64,000 nt of DNA from a virus. The position numbers were made by a program, and so were the translations under genes. Within the stretch, counting starts at the first letter, position 1. The number at the start of each line of letters is the position of its first letter. Shown here in pieces: positions 6,403 to 18,400 of this stretch. The stretch spans positions 1 through 64,000 of the IMG/VR virus record IMGVR_UViG_3300025085_000010, one strand, 5' to 3'. Under the pieces are notes generated by a model. The model ran no database searches. It was given only the letters and a program-made list of their open reading frames with translations, and was not told the DNA's origin.

Positions 6403-9400
6403 ATGTCAGAAAATAGAGTTCAATTTAATACTATCGTTGCAAGTCAACTTCCTACTTATGTAAGGGAAGATTTTCCACTTGTAGAGAGTTTTTTAAAGTC
6501 ATATTACCTGGGACAAGAATATCAGGGTGGACCTATTGATTTAATTGAAAATATTGACCGATATATTAAGTTAGACGAAACAACAAATCTTACAGAATCT
6601 GCCGTATTATCTGGAGATATTGTTTTCTATGGAAAAACTATCAACGTTGATCCAGGAAAGTCTCCTGCAGGAACAAAAGGATTTCCAGATTCATATGGAC
6701 TACTAAAAATTGATGATGAAATAATTTCATACACTGGAAAAACAGATTTTTCTTTTACTGGTTGCATTAGAGGATTTGTCGGCATAACTTCTTATAGAAG
6801 TAAAATTAATAAAGAAGAAGTTGTTTTTGAAGAAACTGCATCCGATGATCATAAAGATGGTGCTACCATCACTAACTTAAGTTGCTTATTTTTAAAAGAA
6901 TTTTTAACAAAAGCAAAACACCAGTTAGCTCCTGGATTTGAAAATAGAACATTAACTCCTGAACTTAATCAGAACATTTTCGTAAAACAAGCAAAAGATT
7001 TTTATATTAGTAAAGGAACAAATAAATCTTTTGAAATACTGTTTAAGGCACTTTATAATAAAGATGTAGAGTTAATCACTCCAAGAGATTTCCTTTTTAC
7101 TCCATCAAATGCTGGATATAGAATTGTAAATCAACTTGTTGTTGAGGCAATTGAAGGTGATCCTGAAAATTTAGAAAATGCAACTCTTTATCAGGATGCA
7201 TATAAGTTTGATGATAATTTAAATGCTGCGTATGCTCCCATCACCAGTATTGAAAAGATAGAAGTTGGATATGGAAAGTCTTTTTACAAACTATCATATG
7301 ATGGCGGATTTAACAGAACTAGTGGATCTGCAGGTGGATTGACTTATGGCAATTTTAACATCGAACCATCTACAAAAGTTATAGGTCAAGTTGCTGCAGG
7401 CACGACAGTTCTTGATGTTGACTCTACAGTTGGATTTGGATCTACGGGTGAATTATATGTTTCATATTCAAATGCAACCACTGGAATTGCAAGTTACACC
7501 TCAAAATCATTAACCCAGTTTTTTGGCGTAACTGGTATCAGTACAATTATACTTGATTCGACAACGGTTGGTGTCAATACGTTTACATATGGAAGATCTA
7601 AAATAGATCAAAGTGAAATAATCAAAGTCAGAGTAAATTCTGTCTTAAATTCTCTAAATGCACCAGAGGACACTAAAGGACTTTTAAAAGAAGGAACTGT
7701 AAATATACAAACTCTTGGATGTGCCGATAATACCTTTAAAGCGAATAAGTGGATATATAACGTTTCATCCGTTTATAAAGTTGCAAAAGTAGAACTTACC
7801 GATTCTTCTGACAATACTTATAAACTTACTTTAAATGAGGCAAATTATTTTAAACCTGGCAATTCAGCATCTTTAATTGTTTCTGATGGAACGACAAAAA
7901 AAACAAATATTATTGATGTTACAGGAGAAAAACAATTAACAATAAAAGGTCAAGGACTGTTAGATCTAAACTTAACATATAAAGTTCAAAGAAATAGAAG
8001 AAAGGCTACTTCTAATACTTTTACGAATTTGAGCGAGTATTCTACTGATGTAGAAAATGTCTATAAGAGTTCTGTAGATAATAGTTATTTGGTGTCCTCA
8101 CCCTCTTTACCATATTATAACGCACAACCAATTAATGTATCACCTAAAGAATTTAAATTTAGTGGATCTTTTGTTGGAACTGAATTTGAAATTTCTCCTG
8201 GAGTTGAGCATGGGTTTTACACTGGAGATGCTGTCTATTATTCAGCCGCTCTTGTTGATGAGACTTTTATTGATGACTCTGGAAACAGTGCCACTAGAAA
8301 AGTTAGAGGAGATGCATTATTTGATGATGGACTTTACTTTGTAAAGAGAGTAAACTCATCTACAGTAAAATTTGCAAAAAGCAGAAATGACATTCTTAAT
8401 TCAAAGTTTGTATCTGTCGATTCTGCAGTAACCGTATCCGAAAGTTTAATTAAACCATATAGGTTTAATTCAAAAACTTTAGAACCGCAAAAAATTCTTA
8501 GAAAGGTATCTACACCAAAAACTTCTGAAATAACTGAGACAACCAAACCAGGAACAACTGGTATATTGATTAATGGTGTTGAAATTTTAAATTACAAGTC
8601 AAGGGATGTAATTAGATATGGCAAGATTAATGATATTGAAGTTTTAGCACCTGGAGAAAATATTGATATAATCAATCCACCAAATTTAATTGTTAATGAT
8701 TCGGTAGGAGCAGGAGCTACTGGATTCTTAGCAATTTCTGGATCTTTAAAAGAAGTTAGAATTAAAGATCCCGGATTTGATTACTTGAGAACACCCACCT
8801 TAAAAATTGATGGTGGTAACGGTCAAGGTGCAACTGGATTTGTCAACATGAAGTTGATTGATCACAATCCAGAATTTTTTGCAGATTTGGCCTCGGCAAA
8901 AGTAGTAATTGGAACAGCGTCAACTCAATCTAGAATTGGATTCTCAACATATCACAAGTTTAGAAATGCTGAACAAGTAATATATCGCACATCTGATCAA
9001 AGTGGTATTACTGGTATTGTTACAAATTCCACTTATTTTGTATCGAGTATTGATAACGTCACTGTTAGACTCCACCCAACACAATCCGACGCTATATCTG
9101 GAATTAACACCGTTTATCTCACTGAACATGGTGTAGGAAAGCATTCCCTCCAGTCAGTCAATAAAAAATCAGTAGTAGAATCAATTAATGTTGTTACAGG
9201 TGGTTCTGGGTATCAAACCAAGAAAAGGACCGCTCCTGCCGCTTCTGGAGTTAGTACAGCAAGTGATTCTATCACTATCGCTAACCATGACTACAACTCT
9301 GGAGAAAAAGTAAAGTATACTTGTAACGGAACTATTGCATTTGGACTTACTGCAGATACTGAATATTATGTAACTGTAGTTGATAAGGATTCTTTCAAAC

Positions 9401-12400
9401 TTTCCTCAGTTGGATTATCCTCTGATAGAGAATTTAATTATAGAACTAAGCAATACGTTGATATAACTTCTGTTGGTGTTGGTACTCATATTTTTAATTA
9501 TCCGGCGATAACAGCTACTCTTGTTGGTGAAGTTGGAATAAATTCTATCGGCAATCAAACATTCAAATCAGATATAGAACCAATCTTTAGAGGGCAGGTA
9601 ACATCAGTTCATTTAGAAAATGGTGGTGTTGGATATGGATCATCTGAAATCATTAATTTAGATTTTCAACCTCAGGTTACTATTGAATCTGGTATTGACG
9701 CACAAGTAACTCCAATTGTTAATAATGGTAGAATTGTAAACGTTATTGTTCAAAACTCAGGATCAAGATATATTTCCGTTCCAGACTTAAATGTAAATGG
9801 GGATGGTGTAGGTGCTGTTTTAGTTCCTGTTATTGAAAATGGATCAATAACATCAGTGACTGTTGTAGAATCAGGTGGTGGATATAATCAATCCTCAACT
9901 ACAATTGATGTTATAAATGCAGGATCAACCTTTAACGTACCTGTGTTTAGAGCAAATCTTCAAAATTGGAGAGTTAATCTTTTTGAAAAAAATCTACCAT
10001 ATTTTTCTGCAGATGATGGATCAATTGTTGATTCTGATAATCAAGAAAATTTACAATATGTGCATTTATATGCACCTAGAAAACTTAGAGAAAATACATT
10101 TGCAATCAACCAATCTGGTGCCACAGCATTTGGAGAATCTGATTTAAAACGAACTAATGGTGCGGAGTCTCCGTCATCAAAACACTCACCAATTCTGGGA
10201 TTTGCATACGACGGGAATCCAATTTATGGTCCATATGCATATAGAACTAAGAGTGGTGGAGTTGTAACTCAGATGAAATCTGGGTACACTTTAGATCTTA
10301 AAGCAAATAGACCATCAACGTCAACTTTCCCTGAAGGATTTTTTGTAGAAGATTACATCCACACTAATTCAACTGATGAAAGTTTTCTTGATGAAAACAA
10401 CGGTAGATTCTGCATAACTCCAGATTATCCAGAAGGAACTTATGCATATTTCATGACTATTGATGAAAAGGATGTATCTACCTCAGGAATATTCAAAAAC
10501 TATAAAGCTCCAAAATTTCCATATATTATCGGAGACAATTATCACTCTATTCCAGATGATTTTAATTTCTCTTTAAGTTCATCTGCAGATTCTTTTGAAA
10601 ACTTGCAGAATGAGTATAGAAGAAACACCCATCCGTATAACTTGATTGAAGATGATTCCGAATATCCATATATTTACATTCCAAATAAGTTATCTCAAAC
10701 ATCTGAGGTAACCGCTTCTTCTAGGGGAACTATTTCATCTATTGGAATTGTTACTGGTGGAACTGAGTATCGAATGAATGAAACCCTGGTATTTAATAAT
10801 ACTGGGACTGGTGGCGACGGTGTTTTTGCAAAAGTTTCAAGACTTCAAGGTAAATCTGTTACTAGCGTAAGTGTTGCTACTAGTTCAATAGAAAACTTAG
10901 AAATTTATCCTGGAGAATCTAAGGGACAATATATCTTATATGCGAATAATCCACACAATTTTAAAAACCTTGATGTTGTAACTATATCTGGACTTTCTAC
11001 AACTTCATCTAAAATTGAAGGATCTTATTCTGTTGGAATTCAATCGAATAGACTTGCATTTGCTGGGATCGGAACTACTGGTGTTGCCATAGGGGCCACA
11101 TCCGTAACTGGCATAGTTACCTTCTTCAAAGTCACCGGAGACTTATCTCCTTTCAAGATTAGAGAAAATGACATCTTGATGACTGGCGATGAAAAACTAA
11201 AAGTACTGAATGTAGACAAAATTAACTCTAGAATAAGAGTTCTTAGAGAAGCTGAGGGAACAACTGGTTCATCTCACACTATTGGTAAATTTATTTTTGA
11301 AGTCCCTAGAAAGTTTACGATTAATAGTGGATTTAAAACAGATTATACTTATAGACAAAACGAACAGATTTACTTTAATCCAGTAAATGTCGTTGGACTT
11401 GGAACTACTGCTGGAGTTGGAATTGGAACTACAATCACATTTGCAAATCCTGGTGTTGGAGTCACTCAAAAGTTTATTCAGACAAAAGCACTTTATATTA
11501 GAAATCATAATTTCCAGACTGGTGATCAGGTAACATATTCTCCTGGAACTAGTGGAAGTGGTATTATCGTACAGGATGAAACAAATGTTGGAGTAGGAAC
11601 TACTCTTGCAGATGGACAATCACTGTTTGTTGCTAAAATTAATGACGACTTGATTGGAATTGCAACAATAAGAGTTGGTCTTGGATCTACTGGAACTTTT
11701 GTAGGTCTTGCAAACACAATATCTACTACTCTGTTCTTTAGAAGTGTTGGAACTGGAGACACTCATAGTTTCACCACTAATCACACAGTTCTGATTGGTA
11801 ATGTTGATAGAAACTTAGTTACCGTGGCTACTGCATCAACACATGGATTAAGTGAACCTCACAATATTGCATTAAATGTAAATCCAAAAAATACAAAATC
11901 AATTGCATTTAAGTATGATGACTACAACAGAAGAGTCCTGGTCGATCCTATCGATTTCACGGGTTCTGAAGTTAGCACAACAAATAGTGAAATAACTTTA
12001 ACATCTCATGGATTGAAGAGTGGTGATAAAGTCTTACATACTGCAACGGTTCCTTCTGTAGGATTATCCAGTGACAAACTCTATTATGTAAATCGTGTTG
12101 ATCAAAATACAATCAAACTTTCAGACACTTATTTTGATTCAACTCAGGAAAAACCAGTCGTAGTTGATATTACCAGTGCTTCCTCTGGAACAATATCTCC
12201 AATCAATCCTCCAATTAAACTCTATAAGGATTCTACAGTAACATTTGATTTGTCGGATTCTTCTCTTGGATTTATTGTGCAAGGCAAATCTTATCCTGCC
12301 TTTGAACTGAATTTCTATAGAGATAAAGATTTTAAGATAATTTGGGAAAAATCAGACAATAGCAAAGTTTTTGAGATTGTTAGATCTGGTTCAGTTGGAT

Positions 12401-15400
12401 CTTCTGGTGCAAAAGTTACTCTTGAAGTTAATGACAGTACACCAGAGTTTTTATATTACAAACTTGATTTAATTGATGCAAATCCTGATGTAGATACCCC
12501 TGAGGTAAAGAAACAAATAATTGTAGATACTGAGATTGTAAACTCAAGTCAACTGGAAATATCAGAAAGTAATTATCAAGGAACTTATAAGATTGCTACA
12601 CCTTCAACAACATCATTTACTTATACTATAAAAGATGTTCCAGAAGCGTCTTCATATACTACTGCAGCCGGTGCTTTAATTGACTATACGACTGATTGTA
12701 CCCATACATATGGTCCAATAGCAAAAATTGATATTACTGGTGTTGGTAGAAACTATGAAACTCTTCCTGGGATTACAACTGTTAATAGTGTTTCTGGAAG
12801 AGGTGCTATTTTAGAGGCAAAGAGTTCTAATATTGGAAAAGCACTTAGCACTAAAATTAAAGATATTGGATATACTTATCCATCTGATCCAACTTTATCA
12901 CCATCTTTATTATATCCACAAATAGTAAAAATAGAACCTTTAGCCGTTTTTAATTCTATTGGTATAACATCTTTTGGAAAAGGATTTGCTATTCCACCAA
13001 AACTAGTTGTTCTTGATGGCAAAACCGAAAAACTAGTTTCTGATGTTGACCTAAAAGTAACACCTGGATCTCCAACTGTGGAAATCTTGAAGAATACAAA
13101 AGGAATTAATAATGTAGAACCAACAATTATTCCAACCCAAAGTGGTGCTGGTGTTGGAATTGGAACTATTTCATACGACTCTTCTACCAAAAATGTAACA
13201 GTTCAACTTGCTGTCGGATTTAGTACGGTAAATTCATTCCCATTTACAGTTGGTGATAAAGTTCTGATCGAAAATGTCAGTGTTGGTGTTGGATCAACCG
13301 GAAAAGGATTTAACTCAGAAAATTATGATTACAAATTATTTGAACTGACTGCGGTTAATGAGAGACTGGGTGGTATTGGTATCGTTACTTATAGTATGTC
13401 TGGACTTCTGAAATCTAATGAAATAGTTGGAGTGTTTGATGATGTAAATTCTTCGGCAAGAATCGTCGCAAAGAAGAGTTTCCCATTATTTGAACCACTA
13501 TTAACCACAAGAGAATATTTTAAAGGAGAAGTTGTAACTTCGGATTCTGCTACAGGAATAGTTGATTCTTGGAATTCAAGTTCGGATACATTAATAATTT
13601 CTTCTAATGTTAATTTTGTCGTTGGCGAAAAAATCATAGGCGAATCATCAGATTCTCATGGATTGGCCTCGTCAATTACATCTTATAATAATTATTACAA
13701 TTTAGACTCATCCTCTAAAGTAATAAAAGGATGGGATAATGATTCTGGAGAACTTAACTTTGAACTTCAGAGAATGCCTGATAATTTCTATTACCAGAAT
13801 TTCTCATATTCACTGAAATCGTCCGTACCATTTGAGACTTGGAATGAACCTGTTTCTTCCCTTAATCATACTTTAGGATTTAAAAAGTTCTCTGACTATC
13901 AGTTAGAGACGACAAATTCTAATAGTATGTCTGTTGGACTATCTACTGCTCTGACAAGTTTCTCCGTTGTTAATGATCTACAGGGATTTGCTAGCATTAA
14001 TTGCTTCTATGATTTTGATCTTGTAACCGAAAACAATTTGAATCTTAATTCAAAAGTTGTTTCTGATGAAATAGTATTCTCAAATAGAATTTTGACTGAC
14101 TATTTTGAATCAGTTGGAAACAGAGTTCTGTCGATTGACGATATTAGTGGTCAATTTAATAGTAATCCAAGACCTACGGCTTTCAGTGTCGTCGATACAT
14201 TTACTCTTGCTTCTACTAGATTTCAAAAATACATCACTTATGTAAGAGATAGGAGATTTACTGCACAAAGGCAACTTATGTTAGTTGATGTTATGCATGA
14301 TAATGCTCGCGGATATATCAATCAATATGCAAGAGTTGAAACACAATATGATCAAGGATCATTTGATTTTAGTATTTCTGGATCTGATGGACAACTTTTA
14401 TTCTACCCAACACGTTCGTCTATAAATGATTATAACATTATTACCATGTCATACGACATCGATGATGAGGTCTTAGGAACAGGAAATACAAGTTTTGGTG
14501 GAGTTGTTACTGTAAACACTGATAGCGTTGAAGTCGAGTCTGGAGTAACGAAAACTATCGTCTCTATCGCTGCTACACATTCTAGTTTAAAAGTTCTTGT
14601 TAATATCAATCCAGATATTGGATCAAATACAGAATTTGAGGCGGTTGAACTTAATATTACTAATAATGGCAGTGATGTTGCGATCACAGAATACGGAAGA
14701 CTTACTACAAATATTGATGGTGTTTCTGCTATAGGTCTTGGAACCTATCATGCATATGTTGATGGGGCAAATCTTAAAGTTGACTTTATTCCAACTGCAA
14801 CTGGTATCGGAACTACTGGTGCAATTAATACTGTACAAGTTGGTCTTGCCACCAATTCAGTTACTGGAATAGGAACTCTTGATCTGAGACATGCTCAACT
14901 TGAGGGAAGAACAACAAGTATTTCTGCATCTGGTTCTCCAGGAATTACAACTGTTGCAGAATATACTGATGTATATGATGGAGCATACTTCTTAGTCCAG
15001 GTTGCAGACACAACTAATGAAGAGATACAACTTTCTGAACTCGTCATCGTTGATGACTATGTTGATGGAACAGGAAGTTATGATGTTGATATGACTGAAT
15101 ATGGAAACGTTGAAACTTCTTCTGGACTAGGAACATTTGGAGCAAGAGTCTCTGCTGCAGGAACTGTATCGTTGGTATTCACTCCAAATGTAAGTATAGA
15201 CGCAGTAGTTAACGTGTTTAAAAACGCGCTGAGTATTAATGATGATGCAACTTTACCATCAACAGTGGCATTTACTAACTCTTCAATTACAACAAAACTA
15301 GGAGAATATACAGGAACCGATAGCGACATTAAGAGAGAGTTCATGCTTGAGCATGAAAATAAACAAATCTTTGAAAGATATTTTGAAGGTGACAGTAGCT

Positions 15401-18400
15401 CTGTCGTTGATATTAGTGCAAACACTATCAAGATTCCAGACCATTTCTTCGTAAGTGGAGAAAAACTGAGGTATGTTCATGTTGGAACTGCATCATCTGC
15501 AGTTGGAATTGCTACAACCAGTTTCGTTGGTGTGGCAGATACTACTTTCCTCCCAGGAGAAAATCTCTTTGCAGTCAAGGTTGATGACAATCTCATCAAG
15601 ATTGCATCTAGTGCAGAGAATGCACTGAAGTCAATTCCACAAGTTGTTCAGTTGGAAAGTGTTGGTATTGGCACATCTCATAGATTTATTTCTACGAATC
15701 AAAATGCCAAAGCGATTGTTGCTATCGATAATGTAATTCAGTCCCCAGTTGTTTCTACTGCTGTTACATCGCATCTAGCAAATCAGATGTCGGATACCGA
15801 TAATCTATTGACGTTTAGCGGAATAACCTCATTCTTTGGATCTGACTTAATTCAGATTAGTGATGAGATTATGAAGATCGAAGGTATTGGTATTGGAAGC
15901 ACAAACGTTATACGAGTTCGTAGAGAGTGGTTAGGAACTAAGATTGGAACTGCAGGAACTGGAGAACTAATTACAAAAGTTGCTGGCAATTATAATATTG
16001 TTGATAATCATCTCAACTTCGTTGAGGCTCCTTTTGGAAATACTCCAATTGGATCTACTACTAATCCTCCTGATGAAAGAGACTGGACTGGTATTACAAC
16101 GTCTTCTAGTTTCCAAGGAAGAACCTTCATAAGGTCTGGTATTGAAAACACATCAAATGAGTCCTATCATAAAAATTACATCTTTGATAATATTTCAAGT
16201 CAATTTAATGCAACTGAAAATGAATTCACTCTGAAGCAAAATGCCTCAGATGTTCCTGGTATTTCTACTGAAAATGCAATCATTCTTGTTAATGATGTAT
16301 TCCAAACTCCAGGACTTCTGAATCAGTATACTTTAGATGAAGCAGCTGGAATTACTACTATTACATTCCAAGGAACAGAAACAACTCCTCTGGGTTCTGA
16401 TGTTGGAATCTCTAGTTATCCAAAGGGTGGAATTATTGTTTCCGTTGCTTCTGTTGAAGGTCTTGGATATCAATCTCTTATTTCTGCTGGTGGAACCGCA
16501 GTTGTATCTGGAGCAGGAACTGTTTCTTCGGTTAGTATTGCCAATACTGGAACTGGATATAGAGGAAGAAACCAATATGAAATTTTAACTGACACATCCA
16601 GCCCTGTTGGAGTTGGATCTACTGAAATTTATTTGGAAGATTCAAATAGTGTTTATGATATTATTAGTTTGTTGAATACCGGCGATAACGTTACTATTGG
16701 TGTTGGAACATTCTTAAAATCAAATGTAACGGTTGTTTCTACTGCATCTACTTTCGTTAGAATTGGAGTTGGTTCTACAAGTGCTCTTGAAATTCCAACT
16801 GGAACTCAAGTTAGCATCGGTGTTACAAATCCAACTCTTGGATATGTTAACGTAAGTGTTGCCAATAGCGATATTGGTGCAACTACTTCAATATTCCATG
16901 TTGGTTTTGCAACCATTATGACTGGAACTGGCAACATCTCCACAGAGGTGACTGTCACAAATGATGGGGCAGAATTTAATTCGTCATCTTATGTTGTTGT
17001 AGATGATCCAGATTCTTATTCAAACCTCGACCTTACTTATTCCGCTTCTTCATCTGGAGTTGGAACTCATGCAACAATTGATGTTGTTGTTGGTCAAGGA
17101 TCTAGTGTAATTGATTTTGAACTCAAAAATAACGGATATGGTTATGGTAACGGAGATATTTTAACTGTTCCTATTGGAGGATTGACAGGAATTCCAACAA
17201 CATCATCTTTCAGTGAATTTACTTTAACTGTTGACAAAACTATTTTTGATAAATTCTCTGGATGGTCTCTTGGAACTCTCCAAGTTCTTGATGATGTTGG
17301 GAGATTTATCGATGGTGCAAGAAAAGATTTCCCACTTTCTCTTGCAGGCGGCACAGTTTCTATTGTTGCTGCAAAAGGATCGAATATCAACGTTCAGGAC
17401 GTGCTTCTTATTTTTGTTAATAATACACTTCAAGTTCCAGGAGAAGGATACACATTTGCTGGCGGAAGCACATTAAACTTTACAGAGGCACCTAAACTTG
17501 GAGATATAATCGAAATTGTGTTCTATAAAGGAAGTGGTGACACAGACGTTATTTTCAGAAACATTATCGAAACTGTGAAAAAAGGTGACTCTTTACAAAT
17601 TAAAAATGATTCTTCCAGAAATCAAGCATCTTCACTTATTGAAGATGAAAGAATTGTTGATAATATTAAATCTACAAGCACTGTTTCCACAAATCCATAC
17701 TTTGGACCAGGAAATACAAATGATATCACTTTAGATAGACCCGTTGTTTGGTGCAAACAAACTGAAGATGTCTTTGTCGATGAAATTGCTATTGGTAAAG
17801 ATCGTGAACTTTATGAACCAGTCATTAACCCTAGTGCTTATATTATTAAGTCTGTTGGTGTTGGATCAACTGCAATTTACGTGGACAACCTGAGACCCAT
17901 GTTTAATCCACAGAATGAAAATGATACTGATCTAACCTTCCAGAAGAAAGTTAAATTCGTCGCTCAGGAGTCCAAAACGGCAGCTGCAGCAACTGCAATT
18001 GTCTCTGGTCTTGGAACCATTTCTTCGATATCAATTTCTGACGGTGGTTCTGGATATGCATCAGCACCAGTCGTAACGATTGGAAGCACGGTTCAGGCAG
18101 TTGGTGTTGGAACCACTGCTCTTGCAACAGCATCCATTACCGCTGGGGTGGTAACAAACATTACTATTTCTAATGCTGGAACTGCCTATACAAACGTAAG
18201 TCCACCACCAGTTCTCATCGCACCTCCAACATATTCTGAAGAAGAGATTGCTGTCGATTCATATCAGGGTGATAATGGTATCATCGTTGGATTTGGAACT
18301 ACGGCTGTTGGAGTTGGAACCACTCAGTTAGTTCTTGACCTACATATTCCATACGACTCTTTCCTCAGAGAGTCTGCTATCGCAGGAACTGCTATTACAG